Shown here one piece after another: positions 1 to 8,392 of a stretch of 38,213 nucleotides of DNA. A model generated the notes under the pieces. The model was not told the DNA's origin and ran no database searches. It saw only the letters and a program-made list of their open reading frames with translations. Each line of letters starts with the position of its first letter. The stretch's first letter is position 1. Location: NCBI GenBank assembly GCA_016784945.1, contig JADHTP010000003.1, positions 1-38,213 on the forward strand, in the 5' to 3' direction. This DNA is from Deltaproteobacteria bacterium. Lineage in GTDB: Bacteria; Myxococcota_A; UBA9042; DTJE01. The position numbers were made by a program, and so were the translations under genes.

Positions 1-1
1 A

Positions 2-406
2 GAAGATTCCGATTCCCTGGACAGCCAGTCGGGGATGCATGAGCTGGAGGCGCTGGGACCGGGGACGGTCTATGTGCTGCCTCACCATTCCTGGGCCCGG
101 TTCGAGCAGGACGGGGTGTTCCAGGTGGGGGTGGAGGATTCCTTCCTGGCGGCCGTGGGCCGGGTGGCGTCGGTCACGTTTCCCGACGAATCCGAACTGC
201 TGGACCAGGGCGCCGTTGGAATCCGACTTACCAACGAACCCGGCGAGGAGCATGGCGTGGCCATGCCCGTGAGTGGTCAGGTGATGGCCGTCAATCCCGA
301 GGTCATGGCCGATCCCGGGGCCATCCGGACCGACACCTGGATGATGAAGGTGCTGCCCACGCACCTGGACAGCGAGATCCGCAGCCTCATGGTACGGAAA
401 GACTAG
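2..406 (+). CDS. GcvH (glycine cleavage H protein)-like domain, probably the C-terminal part of a gene starting before the window; lacks the lipoyl lysine
   Basis: Motifs HSWAR...VGV.D, PVSGQVMAVN and W.MKV match the GcvH pattern. The frame is open from nt 2 through ATG 35 to TAG 404-406. There is no Lys at the ESVK-equivalent turn (RLTNEPGEEH). Confidence 0.7.
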   Translation, partial: EDSDSLDSQSGMHELEALGPGTVYVLPHHSWARFEQDGVFQVGVEDSFLAAVGRVASVTFPDESELLDQGAVGIRLTNEPGEEHGVAMPVSGQVMAVNPEVMADPGAIRTDTWMMKVLPTHLDSEIRSLMVRKD

Positions 407-565
407 TGACCTGTCCCGTTATTTCGTCACATAATTCGTCGGCCCTTCACGACGCTGCCGGCGTTACGCCTCCTCAAAATACCACCGGTATTCCTTCGTC
501 GCCGTGCCTTGGCAGCCCCGCGATTGACTCGACGACTTCTGCAACGAACTTCCAAAGACAGGACA
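407..565. mobile_element. 159-bp MITE-like element with imperfect ~35-bp terminal inverted repeats, flanked by CTAG direct repeats (403-406, 566-569)
   Basis: Left end TGACCTGTC...TTCGT...TCGTCG (407-441) matches the reverse complement of the right end, TGTCCTGTC...TTCGT...TCGTCG (565-530). Internal hairpins are GCTGCC/GGCAGC (454-459/511-516) and AATACC/GGTATT (478-483/487-492). It has no coding capacity for a transposase. Confidence 0.75.
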
Positions 566-1546
566 CTAGGCCTGGAGGCCGAATACCTTTTTCAGGTCCC
601 GCACCTGCTGGTCGAGGTCATCGTAGAAATCATCGGAGCCGGCCGAAAACCGCAGGAGGATGTGGCTGAGTTCGGGGGGTATCCAGGGGTAGAGCCGGCC
701 CAGGTTGGCCACCCGGTGGGGAAACAGGAGCATGGCGTCTTCTTTGGCGAGGGGCCCTTCGAGACCCGGGAATCGATCGGGTTCGCGCCGGACCTCGTGG
801 ACCGTGTGGTGGCCCTGGCCCACCACGTAGACCAGCACGTTTCCCATGCTCCAGACGTCGAAGTCGGCGAAGTTGACGTGGTAGTCGAAATCGATCCAGG
901 TGAATACTCCCGTGTCCCGGTCGATGAGGATGTGGTCGTTGCGGATGTCGCCGTGGTGGTGACCCCGGCGATGCACGCCGGCCAGGGCCTCCACGCAGTC
1001 GACGACCTTCTTCATCAGGCCCGGCAGTTCCTCGTGGAAATACTGCTCGTGGCCCATGGTGTATTTCTCCATGTGCTTGAACAGGCTGCGCCCCCGGATC
1101 CGGTCGATGACCCGGATGGGATCCCCGCTCACGTCCCGACGGGTTACGCCCTGCATGAACCGGGGATCGCCCCGCACCAGGTCCATGAAGTCGCTTTCCT
1201 TGTCGGGATTGCGACGGAAACGCAGGGTGAAGTCCCCCACCGTGGTGGAAAATTGTTCGTGGAACACCAGCTTGATGATCTTTTCGGCCCCGTCTTCCAA
1301 TTTTACGGCGTACTTCACCCAGAACTTGGGCTGGTCGTCGATGCCGAATCGTCCCTCGCTGGCATTGCCCAGGATGAAGTAGTCGTTGCCTTCCAGCCGC
1401 AGGACACAGCCCCCGGGGATGGCCATGTAGTTGGAGGCGTCCTCCAGCACCTCCACGGGACCGCGCACCCGGCGGTTGCTGAACCGTTCGATGCGATCTT
1501 TGATCTCGGCGGGGTTGTCGAAGGTCATGACACAAGGATAAGGCAC
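566..1546 (-). CDS. Ser/Thr protein kinase-like protein (atypical Hanks-type)
   Basis: EGRFG loop, IIK lysine, catalytic loop HGDIRNDHILI, WIDFD and DVWSMG are present. GTG 1546 is preceded by GAGGG; ATG 1528 is an alternative start. Confidence 0.8.
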   Translation of the reverse strand: MPYPCVMTFDNPAEIKDRIERFSNRRVRGPVEVLEDASNYMAIPGGCVLRLEGNDYFILGNASEGRFGIDDQPKFWVKYAVKLEDGAEKIIKLVFHEQFSTTVGDFTLRFRRNPDKESDFMDLVRGDPRFMQGVTRRDVSGDPIRVIDRIRGRSLFKHMEKYTMGHEQYFHEELPGLMKKVVDCVEALAGVHRRGHHHGDIRNDHILIDRDTGVFTWIDFDYHVNFADFDVWSMGNVLVYVVGQGHHTVHEVRREPDRFPGLEGPLAKEDAMLLFPHRVANLGRLYPWIPPELSHILLRFSAGSDDFYDDLDQQVRDLKKVFGLQA

Positions 1547-1559
1547 AACCGGCCCTCAG

Positions 1560-1608
1560 GGGAATAATCCGCCTGTCGCCTATCGCCTGTCGGCGGTGGA
1601 TTGTTCCC
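1560..1608. repeat. 14-bp stem hairpin enclosing heptamer repeats (GCCTRTC)x3
   Basis: GGGAATAATCCGCC (1560-1573) pairs with GGTGGATTGTTCCC (1595-1608) using two G-U pairs. CCCTCAGG is repeated at 1553-1560 and 1612-1619. Confidence 0.6.
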
Positions 1609-1656
1609 TTCCCCTCAGGTCGCGCTACAATCCCCCTGGTCGAACCTGGGGCCGGC

Positions 1657-3060
1657 ATGCGGTATCACGAACTGATCTTCTTCGCGGTCCATCGCCTCCT
1701 GGGCACGGGAACCGCGCAGGCCTGGCGTACGTTGCTGGCGGCGGAAGACCAGTCGCCCGGGACCCTGTTCAGGTCCCGGGACGCGGCCCTCGCGGCCGTC
1801 TGGGAGCGCCTTCGGACCGCCACGCCCTTCTATCGCGAATGGCTGCCCCCGGGACCCCTGCTGGACGGGTCTGGCCGCCTGCGACCCGATGTCTGGGCCG
1901 CTGCGCCGGTGACAGACCGTCGGGACATCCGCACCCACTTCGACGACATGGTGGCCTTTCCCTCGGCCGATGCGCGGCGGGCGTGGCGGGAACGTCGGGC
2001 CCTGCCCGCCGGTTGGACCGTCCAGAAGAGCGGCGGGTCCACGGGTCAGCCCGTCGAATACCTTCAGGATCGCACGTGGCAGGCCTGGAACCGGGCCGCG
2101 GCTCTCTGGTGCGACAAGCTGTCAGGCGCCTGGCCATGTCGTGAGAAGCGCCTCAAGATCTGGGGAGGCACCCAGGAGATCCGCGGGGTGAAGGTCCCTT
2201 TGACCACGCGCCTGTCGTCCTGGCTCCAACGGGGCATCATCCTGCCGTCCTTCCGCATGGACGAAGCCACCATGCGCGGTCATATCGAAACCATCAACCG
2301 GCGCACCGACGCGCCCACCCTGGAAGGCTACGTGTCCACCCTGTACACCCTGGCCAGGTTTGCCCGGGGGGCCGGTCTGTCCGTGAGGCCCCTGCAACGG
2401 GTGATTTCCTCCGCCGGGACCCTGCATGCCCCCATGAAGGAACTCATGGAGGCGGTCTATGGCGGACCGGTGTTCGATCGCTACGGGTCCCGGGACGGCG
2501 GCGCCACGGCGAACCAGTGTGAACTGAGGCGGGGCCTCCACGTGTGCGAGCCCACGCTGTACGTGGAGGTGGTGGACAAAAAGGGTCGACAGGTGCCCGA
2601 CGGATCCGAGGGCGACATCCTGTTGACCCAGTTGCACAACCACGGCATGCCCCTCTTTCGCTACCGCATCGGCGACCGGGGTGTGATGGACCCCGAGCCC
2701 TGTCCCTGCGGGCGCCCCCACCGGGTGTTGAAGAAACTGCTGGGGCGGGTCACGGAGCGCATCTGTACACCCGACGGCCGGATCCTGGATTCCCTGTATT
2801 TCGTCCACCTCCTGGGCGTGGTGTTGAATTCGGGATGGCTCGATCGCTTCCAGGTGGTGCAGGACAAGCAAGACGAGGTCCGGATAGCCCTGGTACCCCG
2901 GGAGGGTTCCAGCCCCGGGGAAAGGGAAAGCGGCCTGCGGGCGGTGATCGCGGAACTCGAAGAATCCCTGGGTCCTTCGGTGCGTCTGGATGCCCGTCTC
3001 GTGGGGGACATCCCCCCGTCACCCTCCGGAAAACACCTCTACGTGGTCTCGTCCCTCTGA
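1657..3060 (+). CDS. Phenylacetate--CoA ligase family / CapK-like adenylate-forming protein
   Basis: KSGGSTGQP P-loop, YGSRDG, PLFRYRIGDRG, CPCGR, GR and C-terminal SGK motifs. Confidence 0.85.
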   Translation: MRYHELIFFAVHRLLGTGTAQAWRTLLAAEDQSPGTLFRSRDAALAAVWERLRTATPFYREWLPPGPLLDGSGRLRPDVWAAAPVTDRRDIRTHFDDMVAFPSADARRAWRERRALPAGWTVQKSGGSTGQPVEYLQDRTWQAWNRAAALWCDKLSGAWPCREKRLKIWGGTQEIRGVKVPLTTRLSSWLQRGIILPSFRMDEATMRGHIETINRRTDAPTLEGYVSTLYTLARFARGAGLSVRPLQRVISSAGTLHAPMKELMEAVYGGPVFDRYGSRDGGATANQCELRRGLHVCEPTLYVEVVDKKGRQVPDGSEGDILLTQLHNHGMPLFRYRIGDRGVMDPEPCPCGRPHRVLKKLLGRVTERICTPDGRILDSLYFVHLLGVVLNSGWLDRFQVVQDKQDEVRIALVPREGSSPGERESGLRAVIAELEESLGPSVRLDARLVGDIPPSPSGKHLYVVSSL

Positions 3061-3160
3061 GATTGGACTCTCCGCACGATCAACGATCGACGTTTCCATT
3101 GCAGTTTCGGGGTTTACGGGGCAAACTACGCCGTCCGATGTCTTTGCCGGCGAGGTTGGT

Positions 3161-4063
3161 TTGAAACCGATCCTGTTAGTGCCCGCCATCCTGACTTCCT
3201 TTCTGTGTTCCTCCGGCCTGGCCCAGGAGCCGGAAACAGATGGCGTGCCTCAAGCCCCGCCCGAACCGGAACCCGTCGCGGAACCGGAACCGATCCCGGA
3301 AGAGGCCCCGCCCGAGGCGCCCCCGGACGAGGTGGAGGTCGTCACACCCGATGACGGGACCGAGGATGCGGTTGAGGAGGCCGTGGCCGCTGCAAGGAAA
3401 AAGAACCATTGCCGCCACATCTGCCAGGGCGATTTCACCGTGGGCCTTGGCATCGGGTACACCTATTTCGCGGTACAGGGTGTCAGCGATGACCACATCT
3501 CCGTGATAGAAAACCAGGACGGTACCGGAACCCTGTTCCCGACCAACGAAGACCCGGGTAACCGGGGGAGCGGCTACGGGATCACGTTCACTGGTCATTT
3601 CGGCTACACCGTGGTGGACAACTGGATGATCGGGGCCGCGGTCCACTACGCCTACCAGTTCAAGACCCTGCAACTGGAGGCCTTCGGCCGGTACTACATC
3701 AAGATGAAGCAACCGGACACCCTGCCTTTCATCGGTGTGCGGCTGGGGTACCTGTGGGGCATGGGAAACCACGACTCGCCGGTGTTCAGGGAAACGCCGT
3801 TCGACAAACTGGTAGACGCGGAAGGAAATGAGAGCCTTCCTAGTTCGAACGACCAGACCGTGGTGGACGAAAAAGGTGAAAATACGGTCTTCGACAGCAA
3901 CAAGAATTCCAACGGATACCTGGGCGCCGTGGAACTGGGGGTGGTCCACTTCTTCACTCCCAACGTGGGCCTCTTCGTCACCCTGGGCTACCAGTACCTC
4001 TTCACCGGCTACAACAAGGGCGGCGGCGTGGACATCAAGGGCTGCGTCGCCTTCAGTTTCTAG
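3161..4063 (+). CDS. Outer-membrane beta-barrel protein with Pro/Glu-rich N-terminal linker
   Basis: Likely TTG start at 3161 after GAGG. It has a signal peptide (…SSGLA|QE), alternating amphipathic strands rich in Y/G/F, and a C-terminal Phe beta-signal (VAFSF). Confidence 0.7.
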   Translation: MKPILLVPAILTSFLCSSGLAQEPETDGVPQAPPEPEPVAEPEPIPEEAPPEAPPDEVEVVTPDDGTEDAVEEAVAAARKKNHCRHICQGDFTVGLGIGYTYFAVQGVSDDHISVIENQDGTGTLFPTNEDPGNRGSGYGITFTGHFGYTVVDNWMIGAAVHYAYQFKTLQLEAFGRYYIKMKQPDTLPFIGVRLGYLWGMGNHDSPVFRETPFDKLVDAEGNESLPSSNDQTVVDEKGENTVFDSNKNSNGYLGAVELGVVHFFTPNVGLFVTLGYQYLFTGYNKGGGVDIKGCVAFSF

Positions 4064-4077
4064 CGGAGGTCTGATCC

Positions 4078-5499
4078 ATGGGTGAGGGGAACAGGGGCCC
4101 GGTCCGGCCGGCGAATCTGGCCCACGCCCTGGTCCCCGTGGTCTTTCTGGTGACCTCCCTCGGCGTCAACGTCCTCGCATTCGATTCGAGCCCCCACATC
4201 CCGCTCATCCTGTCCACGGCCGTGGCGGCCCTGGTGGGCTGGCGCCTCGGTCACACCTGGAAGGGACTGGAAGAGGGCCTCATTGGCGGGATCACCAAGG
4301 CCCTCCAGGCGTGCCTGATCCTCCTGGTGGTGGGTACCCTCATCGGTACCTGGATCGTGAGCGGCATCGTGCCGGCCATGATCTACTACGGGCTGCAGAT
4401 CGTGTCACCGGGCCTTTTCCTGTTCACCGCCTGCCTGTTGTGTGCCGTGGTTTCCCTGGCCACGGGCAGTTCCTGGTCCACCGCGGGCACCGTGGGCATT
4501 GCCCTCGTGGGGATGGGGCAGGGACTGGGGGTGCCCCTGCCGCTGGTGGCGGGCGCCATCGTGTCGGGGGCCTACCTCGGGGACAAGATGAGCCCCCTGT
4601 CGGACACCACGAACCTGGCTCCCGCCGTGGCCGGCACTGATCTGTTCGTCCACATCCGCCACATGGTGTACACCACCGGGCCGAGCTTCCTCATCGCCCT
4701 GGCGGCTTACCTGGCCATCGGTCTTTTCTACCAGGGCGAGTCCGTTCCCCTGGAATCCATCGCGTCCATCACCACCCTCCTCCAGGGGCATTTCAACATC
4801 AACCTCGGACTGCTGATCCCCCCGCTGCTGGTCATCGGCATGGTGGTGCTGCGTCTGCCGGCGCTGCCCGCCCTGCTTGGGGGCGCGGTCCTGGGCGGCC
4901 TGTTCGCCGCCGTGATGCAGGGGACCGGGGTCGGCGACGTCATGAAAGCGGCCTACGGGGGCTACGTGTCCCATACCGGCGTGGAAGCCGTGGACGGCCT
5001 GTTGACCCGCGGCGGCCTCACGGGCATGTATTCCACCGTGGCCCTGATCCTGTGCGCCCTGTCTTTCGGGGGCGTGCTGGAAAAGACGGGCATGCTGGCG
5101 GCCATTGCCGGTGCCATCCTGAAGCTGGCCCGGTCCACGGGGAGCCTGGTCCTGGCCACCGTGGCCACGGCCATGGCCATGAACGTGCTGGCGCCGGACC
5201 AGTACTTGGCCATCATCGTGCCTGGCCGCATGTACCAGGACGCCTACCGCAAGAGGGGCCTCCACATGAAGAACCTGTCCCGCGCCCTGGAAGACGGGGG
5301 CACCCTGTCATCGCCCCTCATCCCCTGGAACACCTGCGGGGCCTTCATGATGGCGACCCTGGGCGTGCACCCGTTCCTGTACCTGCCTTTCGCTTTCGTG
5401 AATCTGCTGAACCCGGTGATCTCGGTGTTCTACGGCTATACGGGCCTCACAATGCATCCCGCCCCGTCATCAGACGATTCCCGTACTGAAGGCGCCTGA
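4078..5499 (+). CDS. nhaC: Na+/H+ antiporter NhaC family
   Basis: TGSSWSTAGTVG, GAYLGDKMSPLSDTTNLA and LSRALEDGGT..SPLIPWN signatures, many TM helices, and a GGAGG RBS. Confidence 0.92.
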   Translation: MGEGNRGPVRPANLAHALVPVVFLVTSLGVNVLAFDSSPHIPLILSTAVAALVGWRLGHTWKGLEEGLIGGITKALQACLILLVVGTLIGTWIVSGIVPAMIYYGLQIVSPGLFLFTACLLCAVVSLATGSSWSTAGTVGIALVGMGQGLGVPLPLVAGAIVSGAYLGDKMSPLSDTTNLAPAVAGTDLFVHIRHMVYTTGPSFLIALAAYLAIGLFYQGESVPLESIASITTLLQGHFNINLGLLIPPLLVIGMVVLRLPALPALLGGAVLGGLFAAVMQGTGVGDVMKAAYGGYVSHTGVEAVDGLLTRGGLTGMYSTVALILCALSFGGVLEKTGMLAAIAGAILKLARSTGSLVLATVATAMAMNVLAPDQYLAIIVPGRMYQDAYRKRGLHMKNLSRALEDGGTLSSPLIPWNTCGAFMMATLGVHPFLYLPFAFVNLLNPVISVFYGYTGLTMHPAPSSDDSRTEGA

Positions 5500-7057
5500 C
5501 CTGGTCCCGGAAGAACTGCTGCTTCCAGGGCGGCGCCGAATAGAACATGCCCGTGGGCGTGTCCGCGGTGAGCTCGCGATACCAGACGAAGGCGTCATAG
5601 GCCACGCCATAGAAGCTGCCGTCCAGGTCGGGAATGGCGTGATCCATGAAGGGGCTTTCGTTGCAGTCCAGGCCCGGTTCGTCCGCTGCCAGGAAGTACC
5701 GGTCCTCCGGCAGGGGATCCAGGGCGCTGGTGATTATCGGCGGTTCGGCGGGAACGGGCTGGGACATGATCCCGTAGAAGACCTGGCTGCCGTTTCCGAT
5801 GGCGGGTGTCACCGTATACACGGCGTCCTGGCCCGCGAAGACCTCCTCGTCCAGGTACGACGACACGGTCCAGGTCCCCTTTCCCGCGTGGGCCGCGCCC
5901 ATGTGGGCATAGACCCGTCCCGGCCGGGCCTCGATGGCCTTGTGGAACAGGTACTTGACCAGCTCCTCCCGGTGCTTGAGCATCTCGATCATGGCGGACA
6001 TGTCCTGTCCCGTCATGGCCGCCATCATGAAGTCCTGCGACGCCATGATGGCCCCTGTCCACAGGGCCAGTGACAGCTTCTCCAGCCATTCGCAGTCCTC
6101 GGCCGACATGGCCTGGCACACGGTGTCCAGGCTGCCCAGGATGTGTTCGCGGTAGGCCTTGGCCTGATTCACGTAGGCCGTTTCCAGGCCGAACATCCCG
6201 TAGCTGTCCACTTCCCGGGGGGGCGGCAGCGTGTCCAGGACCATGGCCTTGGCCGGGGCCGCCAGTCCGTCGACCAGGGCCTCGATCTGCTCGTTCACCC
6301 AGGCCAGTCTCTGGGGCACGTCGATACCCGCCAGGTACAGGTCCAGGCCCTCACTCCGCAATTCCAGCGCCCTCTGCGGGAAGACCCGGCGGAACATGTT
6401 GTCTCCGTACATCTGGAAGCCGATGGCCTGGGCGGCCGCGGCGTCCCCGGTTCTGGCATAGGCGTTCAGCGCGTCGGTGGTGTCCATGCCGATTTCCAGG
6501 ACCCAGGTGTCCACCCCGGCGTGGCGCGCGAGGTGCTCCGCCAGGTCCACGCTGTCCGGGCCGATTTCGTTGGACCCGTGTATCTCGCCCAGCACCATGA
6601 CCTGGCGGCCCTGGAACTCCCGCATGAACACGGTGTAGTCCCACTGTCCGCCGGATGCGTCGCACTGAAGGGGAATGGCGTTGGCCGACACGAACGCCTT
6701 GACGGCCTGCTGCCCTTCGGGGGGCGGCGTGGTGGTGGGGCAGGTGGCCAGTTCGGGCTGGTCGCAGGGGCTGGCGGGCACCATGACCTCCAGCGCCACG
6801 GTCTCCATGGCCGTTTCGGGGATCGTGTCCTCGACCCCCGTTTCGGGATCGGTGGTTTCCGGTACGGCGGTGTTGTCCGGGAAGTCCATTGGCCCCGATT
6901 CCGTCAACACGTCCAGGGGGGAATTCCCGTCCGGTCCCGGTCCCGTGTCCGGCGTCCCGTTGGAACCGTTTCCCGAGCATGCCGCAGCGAAAATCAAGAG
7001 TCCCGCTGCCGCGGCCCGCGCCACGGTGCGCCAACCTGTTCCTTGTGCCCGTTTCAT
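5447..7057 (-). CDS. Lipoprotein, erythromycin-esterase/TraB/ChaN-like fold (putative hydrolase)
   Basis: ATG 7057/7060 follows GGAGG. Lipobox LIFAAAC and an acidic linker are followed by VLGEIHGS, WVLEIG, GID and HMGAAH motifs typical of the EreA/ChaN-like superfamily. Confidence 0.6.
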   Translation of the reverse strand: MKRAQGTGWRTVARAAAAGLLIFAAACSGNGSNGTPDTGPGPDGNSPLDVLTESGPMDFPDNTAVPETTDPETGVEDTIPETAMETVALEVMVPASPCDQPELATCPTTTPPPEGQQAVKAFVSANAIPLQCDASGGQWDYTVFMREFQGRQVMVLGEIHGSNEIGPDSVDLAEHLARHAGVDTWVLEIGMDTTDALNAYARTGDAAAAQAIGFQMYGDNMFRRVFPQRALELRSEGLDLYLAGIDVPQRLAWVNEQIEALVDGLAAPAKAMVLDTLPPPREVDSYGMFGLETAYVNQAKAYREHILGSLDTVCQAMSAEDCEWLEKLSLALWTGAIMASQDFMMAAMTGQDMSAMIEMLKHREELVKYLFHKAIEARPGRVYAHMGAAHAGKGTWTVSSYLDEEVFAGQDAVYTVTPAIGNGSQVFYGIMSQPVPAEPPIITSALDPLPEDRYFLAADEPGLDCNESPFMDHAIPDLDGSFYGVAYDAFVWYRELTADTPTGMFYSAPPWKQQFFRDQVRRLQYGNRLMTGRDAL

Positions 7058-7174
7058 CATGCGCCTCCACCTCCGGTGTCTCACGGCCCCGTGCCTCGAT
7101 CAGGGGAATGTTACACATTTGTACGGGTTCCGATACCATAGGGGTCAAAGCCTTGCGAATCGCGAGGAGGACCG

Positions 7175-8233
7175 ATGCCCAGGAAGCCCCCCGCCGGTCC
7201 AAAGCCCGTCGTGGACCTCGATCGGGCCATCGACTTCTACGAAAAGCTCGATCCCGACGTCAAGGCCCGGGTCCGACGGGAGATCATGAAGCGGGCCGCC
7301 AGGGACGAAGTGGACCGCCACGCCCGGGAAGTCCGGGAAGAAAAGGCAAAGCGCCTGCTGAGCCAGGGGCGGATTCCGCCGGAGGACCAGTACGAGCCCT
7401 TTTCGGACCAGATCATCGGTTTCCTGAAGGACACGGTGAGCGTCCTGTCCAGGGCCCTGCCCATGGACGCCTACCAGCCGGGTGACGAGAACCGGCGGGA
7501 CCTGTTCCAGAAAGACCTTCGCAACGCCCTGGAGCCCCTGGAGTGGCTGCTCAAGACCTACTTCCGCTACGAAGTGAAGGGCATCGAGAACATCCCCCGG
7601 AAGGGACGGGCCATGATCGTGTCGAACCATGGCTTCCTGCCCATCGACGGCTGGTTCCTCTACTACGAGATCCTGCGGACCATGGGTCGGTGGCCCCGGG
7701 GTCTCACGGACTGGCGGTTGTATCGTCTTCCCTGGATCCGACAGTTCTTCATGGACATGGGCATGGTCCAGGGGTCCCACGAAAACGGCGATGCACTGCT
7801 CCAGGACGAAGAGCTGATCTTCATCATGCCGGGGGGCGCCAGGGAGACCTGGAAGTCGTCCCGGTACCGTTACCGGCTCATCTGGAAAGACCGCCTGGGC
7901 TTCATCCGCCTGGCGCTGAGGAACCGGTGCCCCATCATCCCCTCCGCCAACGTGGGCACCGACGACACCTACCACCTGTTCTTCAACGGGTACACCACGG
8001 CCTACAACCTGTTCCGGACCCGCAAGGCCCTGTTCCCCATCAGCCTGCCCGTGGGCATGGGCATCCTGCCCTTCCCCGTGAAGATGACCCAGTACGTGGG
8101 CGAACCCATCCACCTACCCTATCCGCCTGAGGCCGAAAGCGACCCGGCCATCCTGGAGGAGTGCCAGGATCTGGTAAAGGCCCGGGTGTACGATCTCATC
8201 GACTGCGGGCTCCACGAAAGGGCGGCCGGGTAG
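7175..8233 (+). CDS. Lysophospholipid/glycerolipid acyltransferase family (PlsC/DGAT2-like)
   Basis: VKGIENIP, SNHGFLPID (HxxxxD), MPGGARE, GFIRLAL..CPIIP and VGEPI motifs; GGAGG RBS. Confidence 0.85.
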   Translation: MPRKPPAGPKPVVDLDRAIDFYEKLDPDVKARVRREIMKRAARDEVDRHAREVREEKAKRLLSQGRIPPEDQYEPFSDQIIGFLKDTVSVLSRALPMDAYQPGDENRRDLFQKDLRNALEPLEWLLKTYFRYEVKGIENIPRKGRAMIVSNHGFLPIDGWFLYYEILRTMGRWPRGLTDWRLYRLPWIRQFFMDMGMVQGSHENGDALLQDEELIFIMPGGARETWKSSRYRYRLIWKDRLGFIRLALRNRCPIIPSANVGTDDTYHLFFNGYTTAYNLFRTRKALFPISLPVGMGILPFPVKMTQYVGEPIHLPYPPEAESDPAILEECQDLVKARVYDLIDCGLHERAAG

Positions 8234-8237
8234 GGGG

Positions 8238-8348
8238 CAGTCAATAGTCAATAGTTCATAGTCAATAGTCCGGATCTCGGGAGGGGACCTGGGACCTTGA
8301 TCGACTATCGACTATCGACTATCGACTATCGACTATCGACTATCGACT
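8238..8348. repeat. Inverted pair of heptamer tandem arrays: ~(AGTCAAT)x4.5 at 8238-8270 and perfect (ATCGACT)x7 at 8300-8348
   Basis: Directly visible. The reverse complement of ATCGACT (AGTCGAT) differs from AGTCAAT at one position, so the arrays can pair as a long hairpin. Confidence 0.95.
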
Positions 8349-8365
8349 AACCCTTTTGCTAGAAT
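8336..8365 (+). promoter_or_regulatory. Putative sigma70-type promoter for the 8393 gene
   Basis: TG-extended -10 TGCTAGAAT (8357-8365), with -35-like TCGACT (8336-8341) supplied by the heptamer array and an 18-bp spacer. Confidence 0.4.
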
Positions 8366-8392
8366 CCCGTCCAGGAATTCTGGAGCGATGGC

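Noticed and set aside
3118-3150. GGCAAAC...TTTGCC hairpin as a c-di-GMP-I riboswitch
   Set aside because: It lacks the GNRA loop, receptor and second stem.
8238-8348. Possible CRISPR array
   Set aside because: These are contiguous 7-bp units with no spacers, and there are no cas genes.
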